Shown: positions 38,915 to 48,316, numbered from the stretch's first letter. The stretch is 64,000 nucleotides of DNA from an uncultured Clostridia bacterium (GCA_947626955.1 CANQUB010000001.1:10748-74747), one strand, 5' to 3'. Notes: generated from the letters alone by a model not told the origin. A program made the numbers and translations.

Positions 38915-39943
38915 TTAGTTAAATTTTCTTCCCAAATGCTCATAGGCAGCTGGCATTGGTATTCGTCCACGAGGGGTGCGTGCAATAAAACCAATTTGAA
39001 GAAGGTATGGCTCATATACATCCTCAATGGTGACCTGCTCTTCGCCAGTTGCCGCTGCAATGGTGTCAAGACCAACTGCCCTGCCACCAAACTTATCAAT
39101 CATGGCAAGCAGTATATTTCGGTCGACGTTATCGAGTCCCAACTCATCTATCTCCATGGCGTTTAGTGCAGCCTTGGTGACGTCGAGTTCAATTCTTCCC
39201 GAGCCCTTAACCTCAGCAAAGTCTCGAACACGTCTTAGCAGCCTGTTGGCAATTCTTGGTGTTCCACGGCTGCGGCTGGCAATCTCCACACTGGCCTCGT
39301 CGCTTATGGCAGTTCCAAGAATTTTTGCCGAGCGACGAACAATGGTGGCAAGCTCTTCAGGGCTGTAAAGTTCAAGTCTACAAATAACCCCGAACCTATC
39401 GCGAAGTGGGCCGGTCAGCATTCCAGCTTTGGTGGTGGCGCCAATCAATGTAAACTTTGGCAAGCTTATTCTAACGCTTCTTGCCGATGGCCCTTCACCC
39501 ACCATAAAGTCGAGAGCGAAGTCTTCCATTGCAGGATACAATATCTCTTCTACCTTATGATTGAGGCGGTGAATCTCATCGATAAACAAAACGTCATTGT
39601 CTTGCAGCTTGGTAAGAATGGCCGCAAGGTCGCTAGGCTTTTCAATTGCTGGGCCGGTGGTTATGCTCATTTGCACGCCAAGCTCATTCGCAATGACCGA
39701 GCTAAGAGTGGTCTTTCCAAGTCCTGGAGGGCCGTAGAGCAACACGTGGTCAAGTGCCTCATTTCTCTTTTTTGCCGCACTTATATAGACGTTTAAATTC
39801 TCTTTAATTTTGGTTTGACCCACATATTCAGCCATGGTGCGAGGGCGGAGCGAGGCCTCAATCTTTTCGTCCTCAGGGTTCTCCCTCACGCTGACAATGC
39901 GGTTTTCTTGACTATCTTTGTAACTGGTAAATTTTTGATCCAT
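38915..39943 (-). CDS. ruvB: Holliday junction branch migration helicase RuvB
   Basis: GPPGLGKTT Walker A and FIDEIHRL. The ATG at 39943 overlaps the ruvA stop (TAATG). Confidence 0.95.
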   Translation of the reverse strand: MDQKFTSYKDSQENRIVSVRENPEDEKIEASLRPRTMAEYVGQTKIKENLNVYISAAKKRNEALDHVLLYGPPGLGKTTLSSVIANELGVQMSITTGPAIEKPSDLAAILTKLQDNDVLFIDEIHRLNHKVEEILYPAMEDFALDFMVGEGPSARSVRISLPKFTLIGATTKAGMLTGPLRDRFGVICRLELYSPEELATIVRRSAKILGTAISDEASVEIASRSRGTPRIANRLLRRVRDFAEVKGSGRIELDVTKAALNAMEIDELGLDNVDRNILLAMIDKFGGRAVGLDTIAAATGEEQVTIEDVYEPYLLQIGFIARTPRGRIPMPAAYEHLGRKFN

Positions 39944-40533
39944 TACAAGCACTTCCTTACTATTTCTTCAGTCTTATCGCCCTTTGCGGCCTTGGCTTTT
40001 ACTAGCTTTGTGGCCTCTTCTTTCTTAATTCCAAGCTCCATAAGCACGCTGACAGCGTCGGCCATTTCGTTTGTGAAGTCCACAAAATTGACTTTCTCAA
40101 AGCCATCCATGGTGTCGGCCTCAGCATTTTTCATGGTCTCATGTAGTTTCTCTTTGAGTTCAAGTACAATCCTTTCGGCCGTCTTTTTGCCAAGCCCTTT
40201 AACTTTGGTAAGCATGCCAACTTGGCCATTTATGATAGCACCGGCAAGCATCTTTGGGCTCATGGATGACAAGATCATTATGGCCATCTTTGGGCCAATG
40301 CCCGAGATTGCAATGAGGTTTAGAAACATTCTCTTTTCTTCAAGCGAAGAAAAACCAAACAGCGAAACGCCGTCTTCGCGAACCTGAAGATAGGTGTAGA
40401 CTGTGCGGGTCTCCCCCGAAATTTCATCGAGGGTGGCAAGCGAGCAAATAACCTCGTATCCAACGCCCCCTGTTTCGACCACGGCCACATTGTCGTCTAC
40501 TCTTGTAACTTTTCCTGTGATTGAATAAAACAT
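39943..40533 (-). CDS. ruvA: Holliday junction DNA helicase RuvA
   Basis: 196 aa: [15 protein letters not shown], with HhH motifs ([21 protein letters not shown]). Confidence 0.9.
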   Translation of the reverse strand: MFYSITGKVTRVDDNVAVVETGGVGYEVICSLATLDEISGETRTVYTYLQVREDGVSLFGFSSLEEKRMFLNLIAISGIGPKMAIMILSSMSPKMLAGAIINGQVGMLTKVKGLGKKTAERIVLELKEKLHETMKNAEADTMDGFEKVNFVDFTNEMADAVSVLMELGIKKEEATKLVKAKAAKGDKTEEIVRKCL

Positions 40534-40542
40534 ATTCCTTCC

Positions 40543-41043
40543 TTAAAACATACTATTATTTCTTAAATTATTATTGGTTTGCGCGTGACAAAGCGCAATG
40601 GCAAGTGCGTCGGCAGCATCGTCAGGCTTAGGGTCTTTTGCAAGGCCAAGCAGCATTTTGGTCATGTACTGCATTTGCTTTTTTTCAGCCCTGCCCGTTC
40701 CGGTCAGTGCTTTTTTGACCTGTATGGGTGTGTACTCATACAGTTTGCCGCAGTGTTGCACGGCCGCACATACGATAACTCCCCTGGCCTCGGCAACCGC
40801 AATACCCGTTGTTATGTTGGTATTGAAAAACAGTTCTTCTAGTGCAATGGCATCGGGCTTAAAGCGTTCGATCAGGCTTTTCATGCCGTCATCAATGAGC
40901 GCCAGCCTGGTCGGGAAAGCCTCGTTTTTATCGGTCTCGATAGCGCCGTAGTCAATGAGCGAGCACTTGCCCGTCTTGTCGTCTTTTTCAATGACGCCGT
41001 AACCAACTATTGCATATCCGGGGTCTATACCAAGAATTATCAT
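40543..41043 (-). CDS. ruvC: crossover junction endodeoxyribonuclease RuvC
   Basis: MIILGIDPGYAIVGYGV.. and ADALAIALCH. It sits upstream of ruvAB. Confidence 0.9.
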   Translation of the reverse strand: MIILGIDPGYAIVGYGVIEKDDKTGKCSLIDYGAIETDKNEAFPTRLALIDDGMKSLIERFKPDAIALEELFFNTNITTGIAVAEARGVIVCAAVQHCGKLYEYTPIQVKKALTGTGRAEKKQMQYMTKMLLGLAKDPKPDDAADALAIALCHAQTNNNLRNNSMF

Positions 41044-41112
41044 ACTTTACTCCATATATAATAATATAAAAAAAATAAAGATAAGTCAAACAAACAATAA
41101 GAAAAGAGAGGC

Positions 41113-42600
41113 TTAGCTCTCTTTTTTATTTGCGTCCGCTATTGCTTCGTTGGCGTACTGCTCTTTGAGTTTTTGGTACTTTTCATATTCTTCAGCCGGC
41201 AAATAGAGTTTTGACCTAATATTTTTTATTCCCGTACCTTCATAGATGTAGCCAAGTTTGGCAAAAAGGTCTTTCATGGAAATGGCGTTGTCAGCGCAAT
41301 ATTTCATGATAGGTTTCCACACCTTTTTGTCTTTCCAAAGCCCAGTTATTGGCTTGCCACGCTCAAAGTTTGCATCAACCAGCCGCCCAATCTCATAAAG
41401 ATTAATGGTTTTTATCGAGTGCTTTGTGCTGTTGTAGTGATAGCCAAAATATTCAAGCAGCGCCTGCATATTTGGAAATACATTGCCTGGATAGTAATGA
41501 CGAAAATATTGCAATCTCCTGTAAAGCTGTGGGTTGTCAGTAACAACATGGCTTATGCTGCAAGGTGCTTGGCCATATTTATATCTAAGCATGGTTCTTA
41601 AATAATCTTCATGGTCAACATCAAAATAGCGCATAGCAAGTTTGTAGCCAAAGCCGCCAACGTAGTCATAAAAGTTCTTCCCCTGCTCGGCAGCCTTGCG
41701 CTTTAATAGTGCAAAATAGTAGGCATTGTCGCGGATGGCATCGACATAGCCATCGCCATCGTTGTAGGATTCAAGAATATCCACAATGCCTTGCTCATCA
41801 AGCAAAGCCCTGGCCTTTCGGGTGTAACCTTCGGGCATTCCGGTTGGTGTCCTATATTCAACCTCAGGTAAGAACAAGTTGACGATTTCACCTATAGAGA
41901 TCCCATTTCTAACTGCAATTTGCACAAAGGTGTTGTATAACTGTGGTGCGCGTTCATTTAGATAAGAAATGCAGCCTTTTTCATCGGTGAGCTCATGTAA
42001 AGCGTCGCAAACAGCACTGTAGATCACAGGATTTCTAGTTATGAAGTTGGTGGAGTTCATGTCGTAGATAGAAGCATATTTGATATATTTATATGTCCCA
42101 TTTGGCACACCTAAAAATTGATTGATGGCCGTTTCAATGGAAACATCATTTTTCTTGGCAATTTGTCTAATGTACCCATAGGTCATAGGATAAGACTTGC
42201 TCAGTTCAAGCACTTCCCCGTTTTCATTGATACAATTTTTGATGTTTTCAACATGTATGCTTTTGTCAATTGTTTTGCCGCGATTTTGCGTTTTTACAAT
42301 ACCGCTATAGTCAAAATATCCAACAGCACTTATCTCATCCTCAACCGTTCTACCATAATGAAAGGCACGGGATTGGAGTACTTTTTGAAGACGCATATCC
42401 CTGTATAGATGTAGTTGCCCGTCAATGTTGACGTTTTTAAGTCTCTCTCGCATCTCTTCGTCAGTGATTTTAATTTTGTTTCCAGCCATGCTCCCGCGGA
42501 ACTGTTTTATAGCATTCATCACTTTAGATTCGTCAACCTTTTTGTACTGTTTATCCCTTCTAACAATATAATTTTCTTGTTTTTCACCACTTTTAGCCAT
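41113..42600 (-). CDS. hypothetical protein (495 aa) with five ~35-aa internal repeats
   Basis: The repeat pattern (P)xLYxxhxxxAxxxGhSxxxhhxxhG occurs at about aa 139, 218, 290, 352 and 425. No family recognised. It looks AT-richer than its neighbours. Confidence 0.7.
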   Translation of the reverse strand: MAKSGEKQENYIVRRDKQYKKVDESKVMNAIKQFRGSMAGNKIKITDEEMRERLKNVNIDGQLHLYRDMRLQKVLQSRAFHYGRTVEDEISAVGYFDYSGIVKTQNRGKTIDKSIHVENIKNCINENGEVLELSKSYPMTYGYIRQIAKKNDVSIETAINQFLGVPNGTYKYIKYASIYDMNSTNFITRNPVIYSAVCDALHELTDEKGCISYLNERAPQLYNTFVQIAVRNGISIGEIVNLFLPEVEYRTPTGMPEGYTRKARALLDEQGIVDILESYNDGDGYVDAIRDNAYYFALLKRKAAEQGKNFYDYVGGFGYKLAMRYFDVDHEDYLRTMLRYKYGQAPCSISHVVTDNPQLYRRLQYFRHYYPGNVFPNMQALLEYFGYHYNSTKHSIKTINLYEIGRLVDANFERGKPITGLWKDKKVWKPIMKYCADNAISMKDLFAKLGYIYEGTGIKNIRSKLYLPAEEYEKYQKLKEQYANEAIADANKKES

Positions 42601-42744
42601 GTTTTTTCACCTCGTCTCCACCATTTTTGCGTTTTTTCTTCCGCCCATAATTTACTATTCTATTGTATCACATAAAGATTGAAAAAACAAGAGAGAAAAG
42701 TATTTTTTTTGCGAGGAGCCATTGCCCCTCGCACTCCCATTTTA

Positions 42745-42800
42745 AAACGGGCAGTTTGTTACCAAACTGCCCGTTTGGTTGCGAGCGACTTGTCGCTCGC
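42745..42800. repeat. hairpin + GTCGCTCGC motif, copy R-c
   Basis: aaacgggcagtttg-ttac-caaactgcccgttt (42745-42776) followed by ggttgcgagcgac-tt-gtcgctcgc (42777-42800). The 17-mer 42777-42793 is the reverse complement of 35944-35960. Confidence 0.5.
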
Positions 42801-42981
42801 TCCCACCTCTCCGCAAATAAAGCAACCTTTATAACAACAGCATCGAAACCTGACATTTGGTGACCAAACAGGTCTACCAAACATCAGTTTTCTTCGCTCT
42901 TGTCACAAATCTTGCCTTATTTGCTTCTTTGCAAGCACCAACTAATGGCCTAGGACAAGGCTTTTATAATCATAAAAAATA

Positions 42982-43106
42982 ATAGGGCTTAATTTGCGTC
43001 TCCACCAAGGCTCGACGAGTAGGGTCAAGGCAGGAGTTTATAAACATAAATGACTGTCTTGCCCTGCTTGGCAGAAACGCAGGCGAAAGCGTAAAATAAG
43101 CCCTAT
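42982..43106 (-). repeat. copy E2 of the ~125-nt structured element
   Basis: Outer arms atagggcttaattt / aaaataagccctat. The core is nearly identical to E1 in inverted orientation. Confidence 0.55.
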
Positions 43107-43113
43107 GCCGTAA

Positions 43114-43234
43114 GAAGGCTTAGTTTAGGCCTAGGACAAGGCAACAAAAAAATTCTAGGCACGGGGTTTATTGACATAAATCCCTGTCTAGAATTTTTGC
43201 AGTTAACGCAGTCCTAGGCCTGAAATAAGCCTTC
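43114..43234 (-). repeat. copy E3 of the ~125-nt structured element, abutting the yebC stop codon
   Basis: Nested stems gaaggcttagttt/gaaataagccttc, aggcctaggac/gtcctaggcct (perfect 11 bp) and ttctaggcacgggg/ccctgtctagaa. The apex is tttattgacataaa. Confidence 0.55.
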
Positions 43235-43954
43235 TTACTCGGCGTTGTGGTAAACCGATTGCACATCATCCAAATCATTCAAGGCGTCTTCCAGCTTTTC
43301 AACCGAGGCCATCTTCTCTTCATCAAGAGTGACAGTGTTGATTGGAACATATTCGTTTTCACTGGAGACAATCTCAAAGCCGGCAGCTTCAAATGCCTTG
43401 ACTGCGGCATGAAGTTGCTCGGACGAGGTGTAGACCACAAAGCACTCGTCTTCGGTCAAAACATCGTCGGCACCGGCATCAAGAGCCACAAGCATGACGT
43501 CGTCTTCGGTGAGGCCGTCCTTCTTATTGATTACAATAACTCCACGATATTGGAAGTTATACATAACGCTACCGCTAGCACCAAGGCTGCCGCCAAAGCG
43601 TGAGAAAATATGGCGAACATCGGCTGCTGTTCGATTCTTGTTATCGGTAAGGCAGTCCACAATGAAAGCCACGCCATTTGTTCCATATCCCTCGTATAGG
43701 CAAGGCTGATAGTTGTCGCCCTCGGTCTCGCCGCTAGCCTTTTTGATACTTCTTTGGATATTGTCATTTGGCATATTGTTTTGCTTAGCTTTTTGGATAA
43801 CATCATAAAGCTTGCTGTTGGTGTTAGGGTCAGGACCTCCGGCTTTTACGGCAACGGCAATTTCACGCCCAATCTTGGTGAAAATTTTGCCACGTGCTGC
43901 GTCGGCCTTATCTTTAGTTGCTTTGATGTTATGGAATTTAGAATGTCCGCTCAT
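43235..43954 (-). CDS. yebC: YebC/PmpR family DNA-binding transcriptional regulator
   Basis: MSGHSKFHNIKATKDKADAARGKIFTK.. is a canonical YebC N-terminus. 239 aa. Confidence 0.93.
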   Translation of the reverse strand: MSGHSKFHNIKATKDKADAARGKIFTKIGREIAVAVKAGGPDPNTNSKLYDVIQKAKQNNMPNDNIQRSIKKASGETEGDNYQPCLYEGYGTNGVAFIVDCLTDNKNRTAADVRHIFSRFGGSLGASGSVMYNFQYRGVIVINKKDGLTEDDVMLVALDAGADDVLTEDECFVVYTSSEQLHAAVKAFEAAGFEIVSSENEYVPINTVTLDEEKMASVEKLEDALNDLDDVQSVYHNAE

Positions 43955-44016
43955 TGGTTTTCTCCTTCAATATCTTTTTATAATTGTACACCCAGTCTGC
44001 CAACTATGGCAAACGA

Positions 44017-44799
44017 TTAGATAAATTTATGCTTTAAAAGCTCATACAAAAGCACACTTGCACTCACCGAAGCGTTTAAGCTTTCCACCCCTCTTTGCAT
44101 TGGTAGAGACAAAACTCGGCTGGTCATGGCTCTAAGCCTTTGACTGACCCCCTGCCCCTCACTGCCGACCACAAGACCGAACACCTCGGGAACGTCACGC
44201 ACATTAAATATGTTTTCGCCATTCATATCGGCCACAAAGAGCTGGGCGTTTTGCCTTTTGACCTCTTCTTCAAGCTCGTCAACCGATAGCGAGAAAAGGT
44301 CAAGTTTTGTTATTGTTCCGCTGCTAGAGCGGACAACCTTTGGCGAGTATGGGTCAACGCAGTTTATCATCACCACTTCTTGAATCCCCACAGCCGCCGC
44401 CGTACGAATGATGGTGCCCATATTTCCGGGGTCTTGGATATTATCTAGCACCAAAAATGGGCCACTAAATTGCAGTCTGCCCGTTTCTTTCATGGCAAGC
44501 TCAACCACAATTCCCTGCGGTGTCTCGGTGCTGGCAATCTTTGAAAAGACGGCTGGGCTCAAAATTATCACCTTGTCGCCAAAGCTAGAAATGATGTCTG
44601 AAAACTTGTCTTCACAGCCCTTTTCTATATAAATATTAATAGGGCTATCACTTGCCAAAACCTCTCTTGCCAACTTTTCGCCCTCCACCAAAAAACTGCC
44701 GTAGTATCTACGGAATTTCTTGTCTTTGAGGCTGGCCGCCCGCTTAACTTTTTCGTTGTTTACGCTTTGTATTATTTCCATATCAATAAAATAAAGCAC
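44017..44799 (-). CDS. TrmH/SpoU-family RNA 2'-O-methyltransferase
   Basis: SpoU motifs (LDNIQDPGNMGTIIRTA, LVVGSEGQGVS, LPMQRGVESLNASVSASVLLYE) with an N-terminal substrate-binding domain. Confidence 0.85.
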   Translation of the reverse strand: MLYFIDMEIIQSVNNEKVKRAASLKDKKFRRYYGSFLVEGEKLAREVLASDSPINIYIEKGCEDKFSDIISSFGDKVIILSPAVFSKIASTETPQGIVVELAMKETGRLQFSGPFLVLDNIQDPGNMGTIIRTAAAVGIQEVVMINCVDPYSPKVVRSSSGTITKLDLFSLSVDELEEEVKRQNAQLFVADMNGENIFNVRDVPEVFGLVVGSEGQGVSQRLRAMTSRVLSLPMQRGVESLNASVSASVLLYELLKHKFI

Positions 44800-44833
44800 T
44801 CAACATTGGCTTTTTATTGAGTGCTTAAAAAAT

Positions 44834-45190
44834 TTATTTTGCAAGGGCTGCATTAACTTTGTCTGCAATGTCTTTAAAAGCAGCTTTATCGTTAACAGCA
44901 AGGTCAGCAAGAACTTTGCGGTTAAGTTCGATATTGGCAAGTTTTAGGCCATGCATCATCTTGCTGTAAGAAAGGCCATACTCTCTTGCAGCGGCATTGA
45001 TTCTTGCAATCCAGAGCGAACGCATATCTCTTTTCTTGTTCTTTCTTCCTACATATGCATAGCTATCGCTCTTCATAACAGCTTCGCGGGCAACTCTATA
45101 AAGCTTGCTCTTGGCACCTCTATAGCCCTTTGAAAGCTTGCGAATTTTTACTCTTTTCTTGTTGGCATTAACGCCTCTTTTAATTCTCAT
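44834..45190 (-). CDS. rplT: 50S ribosomal protein L20
   Basis: [34 protein letters not shown].. Confidence 0.97.
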   Translation of the reverse strand: MRIKRGVNANKKRVKIRKLSKGYRGAKSKLYRVAREAVMKSDSYAYVGRKNKKRDMRSLWIARINAAAREYGLSYSKMMHGLKLANIELNRKVLADLAVNDKAAFKDIADKVNAALAK

Positions 45191-45203
45191 TGTCCTTCAC
45201 TCC

Positions 45204-45404
45204 TTAGTCCTGATTTCCGACAAGTTTCTTAATTGTCTTCTCTTGGGTTGTTGAAACATATGCATTGCTTCTAAGATGACGCTTACGACCTGTCTCCTTC
45301 TTTGTTAGAATATGGCGTTTGTTTTGATGACCACGCTTTACTTTTCCGCCTTTAAGAACATTAAATCTCTTCTTTGCGGCACTGTTGTTTTTTTGCTTTG
45401 GCAT
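45204..45404 (-). CDS. rpmI: 50S ribosomal protein L35
   Basis: [36 protein letters not shown].. Confidence 0.95.
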   Translation of the reverse strand: MPKQKNNSAAKKRFNVLKGGKVKRGHQNKRHILTKKETGRKRHLRSNAYVSTTQEKTIKKLVGNQD

Positions 45405-45421
45405 TTTCGTTCTCCTTTAAT

Positions 45422-45937
45422 TTATTTTTTGACTTTTGGGTTCAAAATGACAACTACATTTCTACCCTCAACCTTAGGCTCTTTGTCTTTTATGGCGTAC
45501 TCTTGCACCTGCTCGCAAAAAGCATTGACAATCTCAATACCCTTGGCGAAGTAGGCTTGTTGCCTGCCACGCATCCTCAAAGCCACCTTAACCTTGTTGC
45601 CACTTTGCAAAAATTTAATGGCGTTTTTGGCTTTGATGTCTATGTCGTGCTGCTCAATGGTCATGGACAGCTGAACTTCTTTAAGCTCAACAATCTTTTG
45701 ATTTTTCCTGGCCTCTTTTTCTTTCTTGGCCTTATCGAACATAAACTTGCCATAGTCCATAATTCGGCAAACTGGCGGAACGGCATTTGGAGAAATTTTT
45801 ACAAGGTCTTTGCCGGCTTTGTCTGCAAGCTCGTTTGCCTCACGAGCACTCATAAGCCCAAGCATTTCCCCGTTTTCTCCAATAACTCTAACCTCACGGT
45901 CGGTTATATCGCTGTTTATCTGATGTTCTTGTTTTAT
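45422..45937 (-). CDS. infC: translation initiation factor IF-3, ATA start codon
   Basis: The conserved N-terminus IKQEHQINSDITDREVRVIGENGEMLG lies upstream of the first ATG in frame. The ATA at 45937-45935 is 7 nt after GGGAGGA. The result is 171 aa. Confidence 0.9.
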   Translation of the reverse strand: MKQEHQINSDITDREVRVIGENGEMLGLMSAREANELADKAGKDLVKISPNAVPPVCRIMDYGKFMFDKAKKEKEARKNQKIVELKEVQLSMTIEQHDIDIKAKNAIKFLQSGNKVKVALRMRGRQQAYFAKGIEIVNAFCEQVQEYAIKDKEPKVEGRNVVVILNPKVKK

Positions 45938-45944
45938 GGCTGTA

Positions 45945-46145
45945 TCCTCCCAAAAGTTTTTGCTTTAAACGAAGATAAAGGCTGGAAGCATACCACTCCC
46001 AGCCATGAAATCACGCTTTTAGCCTTAAGGCCATACGCAAATTCTAACGCCCGATGTCTTGCTACACCGAAGCGAAAATAACTGTTTTACCCAAACAAAA
46101 TCTTTCATTCGGTTGGGGGAAAGTGGTCTTTCTCTTGTTTTAAGC
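45945..46145 (-). promoter_or_regulatory. infC-rpmI-rplT leader with attenuator hairpin (L20-leader type)
   Basis: A ~200-nt leader. The hairpin ggctgggagtggtatgcttccagcc (46004-45980) is followed by uuuaucuucguuu just before the infC Shine-Dalgarno sequence. The analogy is to the Bacillus L20-controlled leader. Confidence 0.5.
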
Positions 46146-46151
46146 GTTGTT

Positions 46152-46180
46152 ATATTATCACCTTACACTATAATTGTCAA
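46152..46180 (-). promoter_or_regulatory. infC operon promoter
   Basis: TTGACA (46180-46175), a 17-nt spacer, then TAATAT (46157-46152) with TGa immediately upstream (extended -10). Confidence 0.6.
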
Positions 46181-46185
46181 GTGTT

Positions 46186-48087
46186 TTATCTAACCTTTTT
46201 GTCGATCTCGTCTTTCATTTGCTTTATGACATCTTTAAGCTGCAGACCGCCAAGCTCGACATTGCCACGCTTTCTTATAGATACTGTTCCCTCGTCGGCC
46301 TCTTTTTCGCCAACTATGAACATATAAGGAATCTTTTGCATTTGCGCCGAGCGAATCTTGTAGCCAATCTTCTCGCCGCGGGTGTCTAGTTCGGTCTTAA
46401 TGCCGGCATCTTCAAGCTTCTTAGCCACTTTCTTTGCGTACTCTTCGCTCTTCTCACTGACATTCATGACTATTGCCTGAACGGGCGCTAGCCACAATGG
46501 GAAAGCCCCGGCAAAGTGCTCGGTTATGATACCAAAGAATCTTTCAACCGAACCGAATATAACTCTATGCAGCATGATTGGTTCTTTTCTTGACCCGTCT
46601 TTGTCCACATACTCAAGCCCAAAACGCTTTGGAAGCTGCATATCAAGCTGGATGGTTCCGCATTGCCATGTGCGGCCGATGGCGTCTTTGATGTGAATAT
46701 CTATCTTTGGCCCATAGAAAGCTCCGTCACCCTCGTTGATGACATAGTCCTTTCCAATATGCTTTAAGGCATTTTTAAGGCAGGTTTCGGCATGCTCCCA
46801 CTCTTTTATTGTTCCAATGTGCTTTGCTGGCATGGTCGAAAGCTCAAGGTGATATTCAAGTCCAAACACGCTGTAAACTCGGTCAACAAGATGAATAATG
46901 TTGGCAATCTCGCTCTCAATTTGGTCAGGGGTCATGAATATGTGCGCATCGTCTTGAGTGAAGCAGCGAACCCTAAACAGGCCGTGCAATGTTCCGCTGG
47001 CCTCGTGGCGATGAACCTTTCCAAGCTCGGCCACGCGAAGTGGGAACTCCTTGTATGAATGGATACGCTCTTTATAAAATAGCATTCCGCCTGGACAATT
47101 CATTGGCTTTACGGCAAAAGTGTCGCTTTCAACCTTAAATGTGTACATATTCTTCTTGTAGTGATCCCAGTGGCCGCTCATTTCCCAAAGTTTGCGGTTT
47201 AGGGCAATTGGAGTGGTTATTTCAACGTAGCCGGCCTTCTTATGCTCTTCACGCCAAAAGTCTATGAGAGTGTTTATAATGGTCTGCCCCTTTGGCATGA
47301 AAAATGGCATGCCGGGTGCATAGTCAGACAGGAAGAACAAATCCAACTCTTTTCCGAGCTTGCGGTGGTCACGCTTCTCGGCCTCTTCTAGCATTTTGAA
47401 GTATTCTTCCATCTCGCTGGCCTTGTCGAACACAACGCCATAGATACGGGTGAGCATCTTGTTTTTCTCATCCCCTCTCCAATAAGCACCGGCAAGTTTA
47501 GTCAGCTTAAAGGCCTTGATCATGCCGGTTGAGCGAAGGTGTGGCCCGCGGCAAACATCCTCAAAGTCGCCCTGGTGATAAATGGTTACAGTCTCATTTT
47601 TGTCGATGGCGTCGATAAGCTCAATCTTGTATGGCTGGTTCTCCTTTTTAGCGCGCTCCAAAGCCTCCTGCCTTGTCACAACCTCACGAGTGATTGGGAA
47701 GTTGGCCTTTATTATCTTCTTCATCTCAGCCTCAATCTTGGCAAGGTCATCATTGTTTATTGGGGTTTTGAACTCAAAGTCATAATAAAACCCGTCGTCG
47801 GTAGCTGGGCCGATTGAAAGCTTGGCATTTGGATAAATGCTCATAACGGCCTGAGCCAAAACATGGGCGGTGGTGTGGCGCATAACCATCTTGGCCTCGG
47901 GGTCTTTGCTGGTTATTATTTGCACTTCGCAGTCGTGGTCAAGCTTTAAGTTTAGGTCAGCAAGCTTGCCGTCTACCTTTCCGCAAATGGCCATTCTTGC
48001 CAGACCCTCTGAAATGCTGGCTGCAATTTCGTAGACGCTGGTTCCCTCTTTATACTCTCTTACTTGGTCTCTTAGTTTAATTTTCAT
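46186..48087 (-). CDS. thrS: threonyl-tRNA synthetase
   Basis: 633 aa with TGS, an editing domain (HTTAHVLAQA), a class II core (HRHEASG, FTQDDAHIF) and an anticodon-binding domain. Confidence 0.97.
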   Translation of the reverse strand: MKIKLRDQVREYKEGTSVYEIAASISEGLARMAICGKVDGKLADLNLKLDHDCEVQIITSKDPEAKMVMRHTTAHVLAQAVMSIYPNAKLSIGPATDDGFYYDFEFKTPINNDDLAKIEAEMKKIIKANFPITREVVTRQEALERAKKENQPYKIELIDAIDKNETVTIYHQGDFEDVCRGPHLRSTGMIKAFKLTKLAGAYWRGDEKNKMLTRIYGVVFDKASEMEEYFKMLEEAEKRDHRKLGKELDLFFLSDYAPGMPFFMPKGQTIINTLIDFWREEHKKAGYVEITTPIALNRKLWEMSGHWDHYKKNMYTFKVESDTFAVKPMNCPGGMLFYKERIHSYKEFPLRVAELGKVHRHEASGTLHGLFRVRCFTQDDAHIFMTPDQIESEIANIIHLVDRVYSVFGLEYHLELSTMPAKHIGTIKEWEHAETCLKNALKHIGKDYVINEGDGAFYGPKIDIHIKDAIGRTWQCGTIQLDMQLPKRFGLEYVDKDGSRKEPIMLHRVIFGSVERFFGIITEHFAGAFPLWLAPVQAIVMNVSEKSEEYAKKVAKKLEDAGIKTELDTRGEKIGYKIRSAQMQKIPYMFIVGEKEADEGTVSIRKRGNVELGGLQLKDVIKQMKDEIDKKVR

Positions 48088-48099
48088 ATTTTTCCCTCC

Positions 48100-48316
48100 T
48101 TAAAAATAAAAAGTCCCAACAAAACAAAATGTTTTGTAAGGACGAATTTGTGATCCGTGGTTCCACCTTACTTGCCAAAAACTTGGCCACTCATTAGGGT
48201 GAATTATCTTTTTTATAAGGGTGGTTTCATTCTTTTAGCCTGCAAAGCACCCTTTCAGCCACAAGGCGCTCTCTCTTTTGCCACTTTCAAAGAACTACTT
48301 GTTCCTTAGATAATAC
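48100..48316 (-). promoter_or_regulatory. T-box leader (riboswitch) of thrS, specifier ACC (Thr)
   Basis: On the minus strand: an AGAGAG box; a specifier context gaaugaaACCa (codon at 48225-48223); the T-box sequence aagguggaaccacgg (48170-48156); and the terminator guccuuacaaaaca/uguuuuguugggac (48143-48113) followed by a U-run. Confidence 0.8.

Noticed and set aside
42663-42880. 66-aa plus-strand and 70-aa minus-strand ORFs in the yebC-ruvC spacer
   Set aside because: They overlap each other on opposite strands across stacked hairpins and have no Shine-Dalgarno sequence, so they are most likely non-coding.
43160-43192. TTGACA ... TAGAAT promoter-like hexamers inside element E3
   Set aside because: The spacing is only 12 nt, and the hexamers are parts of the apex and stem of the palindromic element.
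45374-46081. 235-aa plus-strand ORF
   Set aside because: It is antisense to rpmI, infC and the infC leader, and it spans a regulatory RNA region.
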